The position numbers and the translations under genes are program-made. The notes beneath the pieces were generated by a model. The model did not search any database and had not been told where the DNA came from. It was given only the letters and a program-made list of their open reading frames with translations. DNA of 32,918 nucleotides, from NCBI GenBank assembly GCA_043786185.1, contig JAYVWK010000434.1, positions 1-32,918 of the forward strand, given 5' to 3'. Of the stretch, positions 8,537-15,718 are shown in pieces. How positions within the stretch are numbered: the first letter of the stretch is position 1; each line of letters opens with the position of its first letter. The DNA comes from Burkholderiales bacterium (GTDB lineage Bacteria; Pseudomonadota; Gammaproteobacteria; Burkholderiales; JAEUOS01).

Positions 8537-9616
8537 ATGAATCCAGGCACAAGCAGGAAAATTCGGGCGGCGGCAACCGTTCTTGATCCGCGCTGGGCGA
8601 GCGTGGCTGCGCGCGACCCGCTGGCCGACGGCAGTTTTTTCTACTCGGTGGCCACCACCGGCGTCTATTGCCGGCCGAGCTGTGCGGCACGTCCGGCACG
8701 CCCGGAAAACGTCGCCTTCCATGCCACCATGGCCGACGCCGAACAGGCCGGCTTCCGGCCCTGCAAGCGATGCAGACCCGGCCAGCCAAGCCTGGCGGCG
8801 ATGCAGGCCGCGAAAGTCACCGCACTGTGCCGCTTCATCGAGTCAGCCGAGCAAGTGCCAACCCTGAATCAACTGGCGCAGCGCGCTGGTACCAGTCCCT
8901 ATCACCTGCACCGTACGTTCAAGGCAGTCACCGGACTGACGCCGAAGGCTTATGCCGGTGCGCACCGGGCGCGGCGCCTGCGGCAGGCGCTGGCCACCGG
9001 CACGACCGTCACCGACGCCATCTACGACGCCGGCTACAACTCCGGCAGCCGGTTCTACGAACAAGCCGACCAGGTGCTCGGCATGACGCCCACGCGCTTT
9101 CGCGACGGTGGATCAGGCGCGCCGATACAGTTTGCGATCGGCGAGTGCTCGCTCGGGGCACTCTTGGTCGCACGGAGTGACCGCGGCGTCTGCGCGATCC
9201 TGCTGGGCGACGATGCGGACGCACTGGTTCGCGATTTGCAGATTCGCTTTCCGAAGGCGCGCTTGATCGCAGGCGATGCCGGGTTTGAACAATTGATGAC
9301 GCGGGTGCTTGGCCTGGTTGAAGCACCACGACTCGGTCTCGACCTACCGCTCGACGTTCAGGGCACCACGTTCCAGCAGCGCGTCTGGCAGGCCTTGCGT
9401 GACATACCGCCCGGCCGCACCGCCAGTTATGCCGAGGTCGCCAGGCGCATCGGCGCGCCGACCTCGACGCGTGCCGTGGCCCAGGCATGCGCCGCCAATC
9501 CGCTCGCACTGGCGATCCCCTGCCATCGTGTGGTGAAGAGCGATGGTGCGCTGGCCGGGTACCGCTGGGGGATCGAGCGCAAGCGTGCGCTGCTCGCGCG
9601 TGAGGCCGGCCAGTGA
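8537..9616 (+). CDS. ada: bifunctional Ada: methylphosphotriester-DNA / O6-alkylguanine-DNA methyltransferase and AraC-type activator
   Basis: N-terminal Cys4 zinc site (FYSVATTGVYCRPSCAARPARPENV...FRPCKRC), central AraC HTH (SPYHLHRTFKAVTGLTPKAY) and C-terminal acceptor site PCHRVV. Confidence 0.9.
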   Translation: MNPGTSRKIRAAATVLDPRWASVAARDPLADGSFFYSVATTGVYCRPSCAARPARPENVAFHATMADAEQAGFRPCKRCRPGQPSLAAMQAAKVTALCRFIESAEQVPTLNQLAQRAGTSPYHLHRTFKAVTGLTPKAYAGAHRARRLRQALATGTTVTDAIYDAGYNSGSRFYEQADQVLGMTPTRFRDGGSGAPIQFAIGECSLGALLVARSDRGVCAILLGDDADALVRDLQIRFPKARLIAGDAGFEQLMTRVLGLVEAPRLGLDLPLDVQGTTFQQRVWQALRDIPPGRTASYAEVARRIGAPTSTRAVAQACAANPLALAIPCHRVVKSDGALAGYRWGIERKRALLAREAGQ

Positions 9617-10377
9617 GCGCGTCGGCAGCTAGCGCGATGCCGGCCACGGCAACACCCGCTGTTGCAGCGCGCATCGCGGCAATCGATTGGTCACAGGTGG
9701 CTATCGACCTGGATGCCTTAGGCCATGCGCTGATTCCAGGCTTGATCGACGCTTGCCAATGTGAAGCACTCGCAGCGTTGTATGCGACCGGGGATGCGCA
9801 AAAGCCGCCGCTATTCCGCAGCCGCGTGGTGATGGCACGCCATGGTTTCGGGCGCGGCGAGTACAAGTACTTCAGCTACCCGTTGCCGGACCTGGTGGCC
9901 CAGCTGCGCTTTGCGCTGTATCCGCGCCTGGCGCCGCTGGCCAATCGCTGGCACGCGGCGATGGGGCTTGACGCGCGCTTTCCACCAGACCACGAGGCAT
10001 TCATCGCGCGCTGCCATCAGGCCGGGCAGCGACGACCCACGCCCCTGCTGCTGCAGTATGGGGAAGGAGACTACAACTGCCTGCACCAGGACCTGTACGG
10101 CGAACACGTCTTTCCGCTGCAGGCGGTGTTGCTGCTGTCCAGGCCCGGACACGACTTCGAAGGCGGCGAACTGGTCCTGACCGAGCAGCGCCCGCGCATG
10201 CAGTCACGCCCGATGGTGTTACCGATGCAGCAGGGCGACATGGCGCTGATCGCCGTGCATCACCGTCCTGTGAAGGGCGTGCGCGGCTTCTACCGCGTGC
10301 AGTTGCGCCACGGCGTGAGTCGCATCCGCGCCGGCAAACGCCACACCGCTGGCATCATTTTTCACGACGCCACGTAA
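9613..10377 (+). CDS. 2OG-Fe(II) oxygenase of the ada-operon-associated type (DUF2086/PF09859-like as I recall)
   Basis: HxD motif (CLHQDLYGEH), GGELVL, and distal ...RHTAGIIFHDA. The start (GTG) overlaps the ada stop (GTGA). The gene sits between ada and alkB. Confidence 0.75.
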   Translation: MSASAASAMPATATPAVAARIAAIDWSQVAIDLDALGHALIPGLIDACQCEALAALYATGDAQKPPLFRSRVVMARHGFGRGEYKYFSYPLPDLVAQLRFALYPRLAPLANRWHAAMGLDARFPPDHEAFIARCHQAGQRRPTPLLLQYGEGDYNCLHQDLYGEHVFPLQAVLLLSRPGHDFEGGELVLTEQRPRMQSRPMVLPMQQGDMALIAVHHRPVKGVRGFYRVQLRHGVSRIRAGKRHTAGIIFHDAT

Positions 10378-10381
10378 CGCA

Positions 10382-11065
10382 ATGGCGGCCGCGCACGACG
10401 GATTCACCGCCGATTTGTTTGCGGACCAGAGACGAGCGCCTGACGACCCGCCGGCGCAACAGGTTCTGGCGCCGGGCGCTTTGTTGATGCGCGGCCTGGC
10501 CAGCCCGCAAGCACCCGGCTTGTTCGCCGACCTGCAGGCGGTCCTGGCGCTGTCGCCGCTGCGCCGAATGGTCACGCCCGGCGGCTTGCCGATGTCGGTG
10601 GCGATGAGCAATTGCGGCCCCTTGGGCTGGGTAAGCGATCGCAGCGGCTATCGCTACGAGCAGCACGACCCCGGCAACGGCCGCCCCTGGCCGCCGATGC
10701 CTTCGTCCTTCCGCGCCCTCGCGGCAGGTGCCGCCGCGCAGGCAGGTTTCGAGGCTTTCGAATCGGACGCCTGCCTGATCAATTGCTATGCGCCCGGCGC
10801 CCGCCTGAGTTCGCACCAGGACCGCGACGAGCGCGACTTCAGTCAGCCGATCGTATCGGTCTCGCTCGGACTGCCGGCGATTTTTTTGTTCGGTGGCAGA
10901 AACCGATCCGAAAAATCGGCTCGCATTCCGCTCGATCATGGCGACGTCATCGCCTGGGGCGGCGCGTCGCGGCTGCGTTACCACGGCGTGCTCGCATTGA
11001 AGGACGGGCAGCACCCGCTCACCGGCCGCTGCCGCTTCAACTTGACCTTCCGACGCGCGAGTTGA
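10382..11065 (+). CDS. alkB: alpha-ketoglutarate-dependent DNA/RNA dioxygenase AlkB
   Basis: CLINCYAPGARLSSHQDRDE (HxD), SRLRYHGV (distal His) and RFNLTFRRA (RxNxTxR) are present. 227 aa. Confidence 0.9.
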   Translation: MAAAHDGFTADLFADQRRAPDDPPAQQVLAPGALLMRGLASPQAPGLFADLQAVLALSPLRRMVTPGGLPMSVAMSNCGPLGWVSDRSGYRYEQHDPGNGRPWPPMPSSFRALAAGAAAQAGFEAFESDACLINCYAPGARLSSHQDRDERDFSQPIVSVSLGLPAIFLFGGRNRSEKSARIPLDHGDVIAWGGASRLRYHGVLALKDGQHPLTGRCRFNLTFRRAS

Positions 11066-11257
11066 AAACTGCGCCGCTCATGGCGCCATCAGCGCAAGAC
11101 CCGTTTGACGCCAGTGAACACCAATCAACACTGCAAGGACTGCTTGCGTTTCGCATGTTGTCGGCCTATGATTTGAACATCCGGGAACCACGCAGACTCC
11201 CGGCACCCAGGCGGTTTCCCAATCGCCCAAGCTCTGCGGTCTTCATCGGGCTCTCAC

Positions 11258-11398
11258 ATGGACACCGCATCACACCCCGCCGGCAGCGCATTCTCCCCAG
11301 CCGCCACACGCCATTTCATCGCCTCGCATGCACGTGGATGTCAGTCCTGCGGCATGAAGGCGTTGGCATGCATGTGCGGCTTGCACCGGGGTAAGTAA
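11258..11398 (+). CDS. speculative 46-aa Cys-rich small ORF
   Basis: Hand translation: MDTASHPAGSAFSPAATRHFIASHARGCQSCGMKALACMCGLHRGK. Third-position GC is high (about three quarters). A stem-loop follows at 11405-11424 (CGCCCTT-cggct-AAGGGGCG). There is no convincing SD and no family recognised. Confidence 0.2.
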   Translation: MDTASHPAGSAFSPAATRHFIASHARGCQSCGMKALACMCGLHRGK

Positions 11399-11564
11399 GC
11401 TCACCGCCCTTCGGCTAAGGGGCGCACGGCGACACAATCGCAAGCGCAGGGTTCAAGCTTTTTCGCAAGGCATGAACACCTGGCCGGGTCACGCAGGCAC
11501 CCGGTAGACAAAGACATTTTCGTCTCAAGCGCTGCTTCTATCCCTCGCGGGAAGGAGTAGGCAT

Positions 11565-11750
11565 ATGAGCAATGTTCGTTTGTCCGACCCATTGATCGTC
11601 AACCCGGCGACCGGCAACGCCGGTACGACGCCGGTAAGACCGGGATTTTCTTCGCAATCACCGCGGTTTTCGTGGTTCACGGCCTGGCTAATGCATGGCT
11701 GTTGCTGCGCACACCCGATTCCGCAACCCGCATTGCAAGCTAAGCAATGA
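11565..11750 (+). CDS. small ORF with strong SD; product ambiguous (61-aa soluble peptide, or frameshifted ~59-aa single-pass membrane peptide)
   Basis: GGAAGGAG lies 7 nt upstream of ATG 11565. The track frame gives MSNVRLSDPLIVNPATGNAGTTPVRPGFSSQSPRFSWFTAWLMHGCCCAHPIPQPALQAKQ. From about 11633 a different frame reads GKTGIFFAITAVFVVHGLANAWLLLRTPDSATRIAS*, a clean TM helix ending at TAA 11741-11743, but that frame has no start codon of its own. Confidence 0.35.
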   Translation: MSNVRLSDPLIVNPATGNAGTTPVRPGFSSQSPRFSWFTAWLMHGCCCAHPIPQPALQAKQ

Positions 11751-12497
11751 TGTCCACCATGCGTAAATTCAGGGCGAGTCTTTCGCCAGCGTACCCGGTC
11801 GCCGTCTGCAGTGTCACCCTAATGCTTGGCGCATCCACTCTCCATGCCCAAGCGACGCGCGATCTCAATCGAGCCACCACAAGCGTTTCCGCAGCGTCTG
11901 CGCTCTTTCCGCCCAGAGTAGAGCGGGATGGCGCGCGCAATCGACTCTGGGCCCTCAGTGAAGGAAATGTCATGCTGTACAGTGGGCGCGCGGACCTGGA
12001 CGAAAACAATCGTATTGCGCGGCTGGTCGTCGGTCAGCGCGCAAAACAGCTGCGCAGCCAACATCGCCGTCGATGTCGCGGGCAGCGTGATCGTGTCAAG
12101 CAACATCGCGCCCACACTATGGCGTATCGATGCGAAAAGCCTTGAAGTGGAACGTCTGGACATCGTACTGGATGCCGACAACGACAAGGATGTCGGTTTC
12201 ACCGGCTTGCTGTCCACCAGCCGCGATCGCCTGTATGCCATCAGCGCGATCCATGGCTCGCTCTGGCGCATCGATCTGAATGCACGGCGCGGCACCAAGC
12301 TTGAGATGGCAAACCCCTTGAAGGGCGCTTGCGCGCTTGGCTTCGCGCCGCAACCCGAGCGCGTGCACGCTCGCCTCCATGTCGACTTGATGCCAGCGCT
12401 GCACCTTTGCGCATCCACCAGGACCGCGGCGCGCCGCATCGATGTGACTGGATTGGCACAGGCGACGCTGATGAACGACTCTTGCTCGCCGAAGTGA
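11747..12497 (+). pseudogene. secreted repeat protein, apparently split by a frameshift near 12000-12055
   Basis: Track ORF 11747..12145 opens with a signal peptide (MRKFRASLSPAYPVAVCSVTLMLGASTLHA-QA) and sensible sequence up to ...DENNRIARLVVGQ, then turns Arg-rich (RSQHRRRCRGQRDR). Track ORF 11928..12497 in another frame is implausible at first, then reads sensibly from ...SCAANIAVDVAGSVIVSSNIAPTLWRIDAKSLEVERLD... A recurring LW-x-(I/L) motif (NRLWALSEGNV, PTLWRIDAKSL, GSLWRIDLNAR) spans both frames, which argues for one original gene. Confidence 0.45.
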
Positions 12498-12525
12498 CAA
12501 TTATTGAGAATTGCGGAATTGATGA

Positions 12526-12561
12526 CAAAAACATGCCTCTGGCGAGGCTGTCATGTTTTTG
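12526..12561 (+). terminator. rho-independent-type terminator after the secreted-protein gene
   Basis: CAAAAACATG-CCTC-tggc-GAGG-ctgt-CATGTTTTTG. Perfect 10-bp outer arms with an inner GC stem and a T-run (TGTTTTTGG), about 30 nt after the stop at 12497. The symmetric A/T runs could work in both directions. Confidence 0.55.
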
Positions 12562-12628
12562 GCAACGATCAATAGGTCCAATTGCCGCACCATGACGACG
12601 CAGTGAAAAACCAACAGGAAGCACGAAA

Positions 12629-13738
12629 ATGACAAACCAAACCGATATCAAAGTAGCGATCCTCTACGCTGGTGATGCGGACGCGAGGAAAACCGCAAGC
12701 CCGGAGACCAGCCGATTCCTGCCGCTTTTCCAGACCCTGACAGGCCTTGGGATGCAAGCCGAACCGGTCGTCTATCACGACGATTTTGCAGACGCGGTAC
12801 GCACCCAGCTTGAGCGGATGGATGCGGTTCTGGTCTGGGTCAACCCGATTGAAGGTGGGCGCGACCGCTCACGACTCGATGCGATGCTGCGTGAGGTCGC
12901 CGCCTATGGCGTCTATGTCAGCAGTCATCCGGATGTGATCCTCAAATTGGGTACCAAAGAGGTGTTGTATCAAACCCGCGACATGGGATGGAGTGCGAGC
13001 GATACGCAACTGCACCTCAGTATCGATCAGCTTCAAAAAGCTGTGGCGTCGCAAATGGCCGCCGGATGCGCGCGGGTACTCAAGCAATATCGCGGCAATG
13101 GCGGCAATGGTGTGTGGAAGATCGAGCCGGCCGAAAATCCCCTGCCCGGCCAGGATCAAGCGAGCGCTGCGATTCACGCCCAGGATTTGCCGGTTCGTGT
13201 GCGCCACGCCAAACGCGGCAGCCTTGACGAGATCATGCCATTGGGTACATTTCTGAAACGCTGCGAACAATACTTCGAAGGCGAGGGCCGCATCATCAAC
13301 CAGGCTTATCAGGCGCGACTGCCGGAAGGCATGGTGCGCTGCTATCTGGTGCACGACAAGGTCGCCGGGTTCGGCCATCAGGCCGTCAATGCGCTGTGTC
13401 CTGTCCCTGCCGATGCACCAGCCGGCTGCGTGCCGGCCACGACAACGCGCGTGTACTATGCGCCGGACTTGCCGCGCTTCCAGGCACTCAAACGCCAACT
13501 GGAATCCGAATGGGTGCCGCAATTGCAACGCCAATTCGGCATCGATAGCGCCAGCCTGCCAATCATCTGGGATTGCGACTTCCTGCTGGGAGCGAAGAGC
13601 GGAAACGGTGACGACTCCTACGTGCTGTGCGAAATCAATGTCAGTTGCGTGACACCCTTTCCGCATGCGGCCATTGACGTGATTGCGAATGCAACGCTGG
13701 AACGGGTTGGTGAGACCCGGCAGGCGCGAGGGCGCTGA
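12629..13738 (+). CDS. ATP-grasp-like protein of unknown function (resembles the Cj0069 family as I recall it)
   Basis: AGGAAG SD. ATP-grasp-like elements: LGTKEVLYQ, VLKQYRGNGGNGVWKIE, YVLCEINVSC (E-x-N metal site). An N-terminal pre-grasp domain is present (IKVAILYAGD...AVLVWVNP). The family name is from memory and is not verified. Confidence 0.65.
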   Translation: MTNQTDIKVAILYAGDADARKTASPETSRFLPLFQTLTGLGMQAEPVVYHDDFADAVRTQLERMDAVLVWVNPIEGGRDRSRLDAMLREVAAYGVYVSSHPDVILKLGTKEVLYQTRDMGWSASDTQLHLSIDQLQKAVASQMAAGCARVLKQYRGNGGNGVWKIEPAENPLPGQDQASAAIHAQDLPVRVRHAKRGSLDEIMPLGTFLKRCEQYFEGEGRIINQAYQARLPEGMVRCYLVHDKVAGFGHQAVNALCPVPADAPAGCVPATTTRVYYAPDLPRFQALKRQLESEWVPQLQRQFGIDSASLPIIWDCDFLLGAKSGNGDDSYVLCEINVSCVTPFPHAAIDVIANATLERVGETRQARGR

Positions 13739-13919
13739 CGGCATGTCACTGATTTCGATGGATTGATGTTTCCGGCCGCACGATTTTTCAAGCATGCGGG
13801 ATTGATGAAGCTGCCTCAAAGCCGGGTGACCAGGTTGCCGGGCACGCCAACGCCGATGCGCGGAGAATCCTGCGCGTCCATTTCTTGTTGCCGCATCCAT
13901 CCTGTGGGGAGCAAACGCC

Positions 13920-14489
13920 ATGAGCGCTGACACTGAATCATTCGATCAAGCCAAACCCGGCGCCTTGCCGGCGGGCTGGATATCCGGCGTCACCGGATTC
14001 GGCACACCGCATTGGGCGGTGGTAGCCGATCCGGGCGCCCCGAGCCCGCCCAATGTGCTCAAGCAATCGGGCTCAGGCACGTATCCCTGGGCGGTGAACA
14101 AAGCCGCGTCACTGCGCGACGGCTTTGTTGAAACCCGCTTCATGCCCGTGTCGGGAAACGAAGATCAGGCAGGCGGCATCGTCTGGCGCTGGCAGAGTGG
14201 GCGCACCTACTATGTCGCGCGCGCCAACGCCAACGAGAACAATGTCTCGCTGTACTACATCACCCTGGGGATTCGCAGCACCATCAAGTATGTCGATGCG
14301 CCGGTGCCGCGCAACGCGTGGCACACCCTGCGCGCGGAGTTCTCCGGCAAAAAGATCCGCGTATTGCTCAACGGCAGGCAATACATCGAGGCCGATGACG
14401 AGCACATCAAGGACGCCGGTGCGGTCGGTGTATGGACCAAGGCCGATAGCGTGACCCTGTTCGACGATTTCAGCTACGGCGAAAAGTAG
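13920..14489 (+). CDS. DUF1080-like (3-keto-disaccharide hydrolase / concanavalin-type beta-sandwich) protein, no signal peptide
   Basis: GGGGAG SD. LPAGWISGVTGFGTPHWAVV..., FVETRFMP..., GGIVWRWQ...TYYVARAN..., WHTLRAEFSGKKIRVLLNG... and GAVGVWTKADSVTLFDDFSY fit the repeating pattern of that fold. 189 aa. Confidence 0.6.
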   Translation: MSADTESFDQAKPGALPAGWISGVTGFGTPHWAVVADPGAPSPPNVLKQSGSGTYPWAVNKAASLRDGFVETRFMPVSGNEDQAGGIVWRWQSGRTYYVARANANENNVSLYYITLGIRSTIKYVDAPVPRNAWHTLRAEFSGKKIRVLLNGRQYIEADDEHIKDAGAVGVWTKADSVTLFDDFSYGEK

Positions 14490-14862
14490 GCGCGCGAACC
14501 ACAATGCATCGCACCGGTGGCGGCAGCGCAGCATCGATGCCATGGTCTGGCGCCGGTTCGCGTCCTGTCGCCGCCACTCGCCGCAGGACAGACCGCGTGC
14601 GCGCTTCCCGGGCGACGCCATCTGGCAATTCGATGGTTACTGAGGTCATAGTCGCCGGGCCGCGAATATGTCGGACAGAAGACAACGCATGCTTCGCCGG
14701 GCACGGTTTCGCAGTTGGCTCGGCGCTTCAGGGGCGAAGCGAATGCGCAGGTGGCGCATGATTTCGGCAAAACAATCCCTACGGCCTGATGCCAGCAGTG
14801 AGCCGCTAAAGGCGCTGACCCTCAGCCCATAACTCGGCTGATGGTTGGTCTCAGCCATCCGA

Positions 14863-14890
14863 AGAATGTTCTCTTATATGCTAACATTCT
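14863..14890 (+). promoter_or_regulatory. inverted repeat (likely HigA operator) with embedded TATAT element
   Basis: AGAATGTT-ctcttatatgct-AACATTCT, perfect 8-bp arms ending 4 nt before the toxin ATG (14895). Confidence 0.5.
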
Positions 14891-14894
14891 CTTG

Positions 14895-15224
14895 ATGAAC
14901 TGGACCATCCACTTCTACAGCGAGCGGGTGCGAAATGACCTCACCGCGTGGCCTGCGGGCATTCGCGCAGACTTTTTGCGGCTGATCGGTTTGATGCAGG
15001 AGCATGGTGCCGACTTGCGGCTGCCGCACTCGCGCGCACTGGGTGATGGCCTGTTCGAATTGCGCTGCAAAGGAGCGGAAGGCATCGGTCGCGCTTTTTA
15101 TTGCACTGTGGTGGGCAGGAGAATCGTGATTGTTCACAGCTTGATCAAGAAGACCCAGGAAACACCGCAAGCGGAACTGCGGCTGGCGCGCAAACGTGTG
15201 AGAGAGGTGCATCGTGAAAACTGA
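14895..15224 (+). CDS. higB: type II toxin, HigB / Gp49-like (RelE/ParE superfamily)
   Basis: MNWTIHFYSERVRNDLTAWPAGIRADFLRLIGLMQEHGADLRLPHSRALGDGLFELRCKGAEGIGRAFYCTVVGRRIVIVHSLIKKTQETPQAELRLARKR has the typical Gp49/HigB layout. The toxin comes first, followed by an overlapping XRE antitoxin. Start moved from 14841 to ATG 14895. Confidence 0.8.
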   Translation: MNWTIHFYSERVRNDLTAWPAGIRADFLRLIGLMQEHGADLRLPHSRALGDGLFELRCKGAEGIGRAFYCTVVGRRIVIVHSLIKKTQETPQAELRLARKRVREVHREN

Positions 15225-15537
15225 AACCCTGAACGACAAATACAAACCGGTTCCACTGAACTTGAAAAAGGAAGTGGCGCGCGCCATGAGTCGCCCCGGA
15301 TTCAAGGAAGCGTGGGATGCCCTGGAAGAAGAGTTCGCCACCCTCGCCGCGCTGCTGGAAGCACGCAAGCAATCGGGACTGACGCAGGAGCAATTGGCTG
15401 CGCGCATGGGTACCACCAAGAGCGCTGTCAGCCGGCTGGAAGCGTCTCTGCGAAGTGACAAAGGCTCACCGTCGTTCGCCACTCTTCGCAAATATGCGCA
15501 CGCCTGCGGCCGGCGGCTGGTGATTCGGATGGTCTAG
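15214..15537 (+). CDS. higA: type II antitoxin, HigA-like XRE-family HTH protein
   Basis: HTH segment GLTQEQLAARMGTTKSAVSRLE. The GTG start overlaps the toxin 3' end by 11 nt. 107 aa. Confidence 0.85.
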   Translation: MKTETLNDKYKPVPLNLKKEVARAMSRPGFKEAWDALEEEFATLAALLEARKQSGLTQEQLAARMGTTKSAVSRLEASLRSDKGSPSFATLRKYAHACGRRLVIRMV

Positions 15538-15640
15538 GAATCTGCGCGGCATAACGAAATCGGCTGCAACGCGTGGCGGCAGGGTAGGTTCACCGATACG
15601 ATTCTGAATCTTGTTCAGAGCACCGGTATCGTTGATAAAG

Positions 15641-15672
15641 GCGCTCTGCCGCATCCAGCTACGGCAGAGCGC
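15641..15672. terminator. perfect 11-bp stem-loop between convergent genes
   Basis: GCGCTCTGCCG-catccagcta-CGGCAGAGCGC lies between the higA 3' end (15537) and the binding-protein 3' end (15719). There is no U-tract. Confidence 0.4.
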
Positions 15673-15718
15673 GCAATCCAATGGCGGGATGCGCGGTCGC
15701 ACGCAGACGACGATAGCC

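Noticed and set aside
10612-11394. 260-aa plus-strand ORF overlapping alkB in another frame and extending into the downstream spacer.
   Set aside because: The part overlapping alkB is Arg/Pro-rich frame noise. The tail beyond 11066 (MAPSAQDPFDASEHQ...) has no SD, no motif and no partner evidence.
11440-11470. GGTTCAAGC, reminiscent of a tRNA T-loop and a possible tRNA fragment or att remnant marking an island border.
   Set aside because: The flanking bases cannot form a T-stem and no acceptor or anticodon arm can be drawn. A 9-nt resemblance is expected by chance.
14470-14685. Minus-strand small ORF starting MTSVTIELPDGVAREARTR..., reminiscent of ribbon-helix-helix antitoxins (…ELPDELAREA…GLS…), possibly a decayed TA remnant next to higBA.
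   Set aside because: The resemblance covers only about 15 residues. The rest of the frame is Arg/Pro/Ala noise unless a frameshift is invoked, and no partner toxin is present. This is too weak without a database search.
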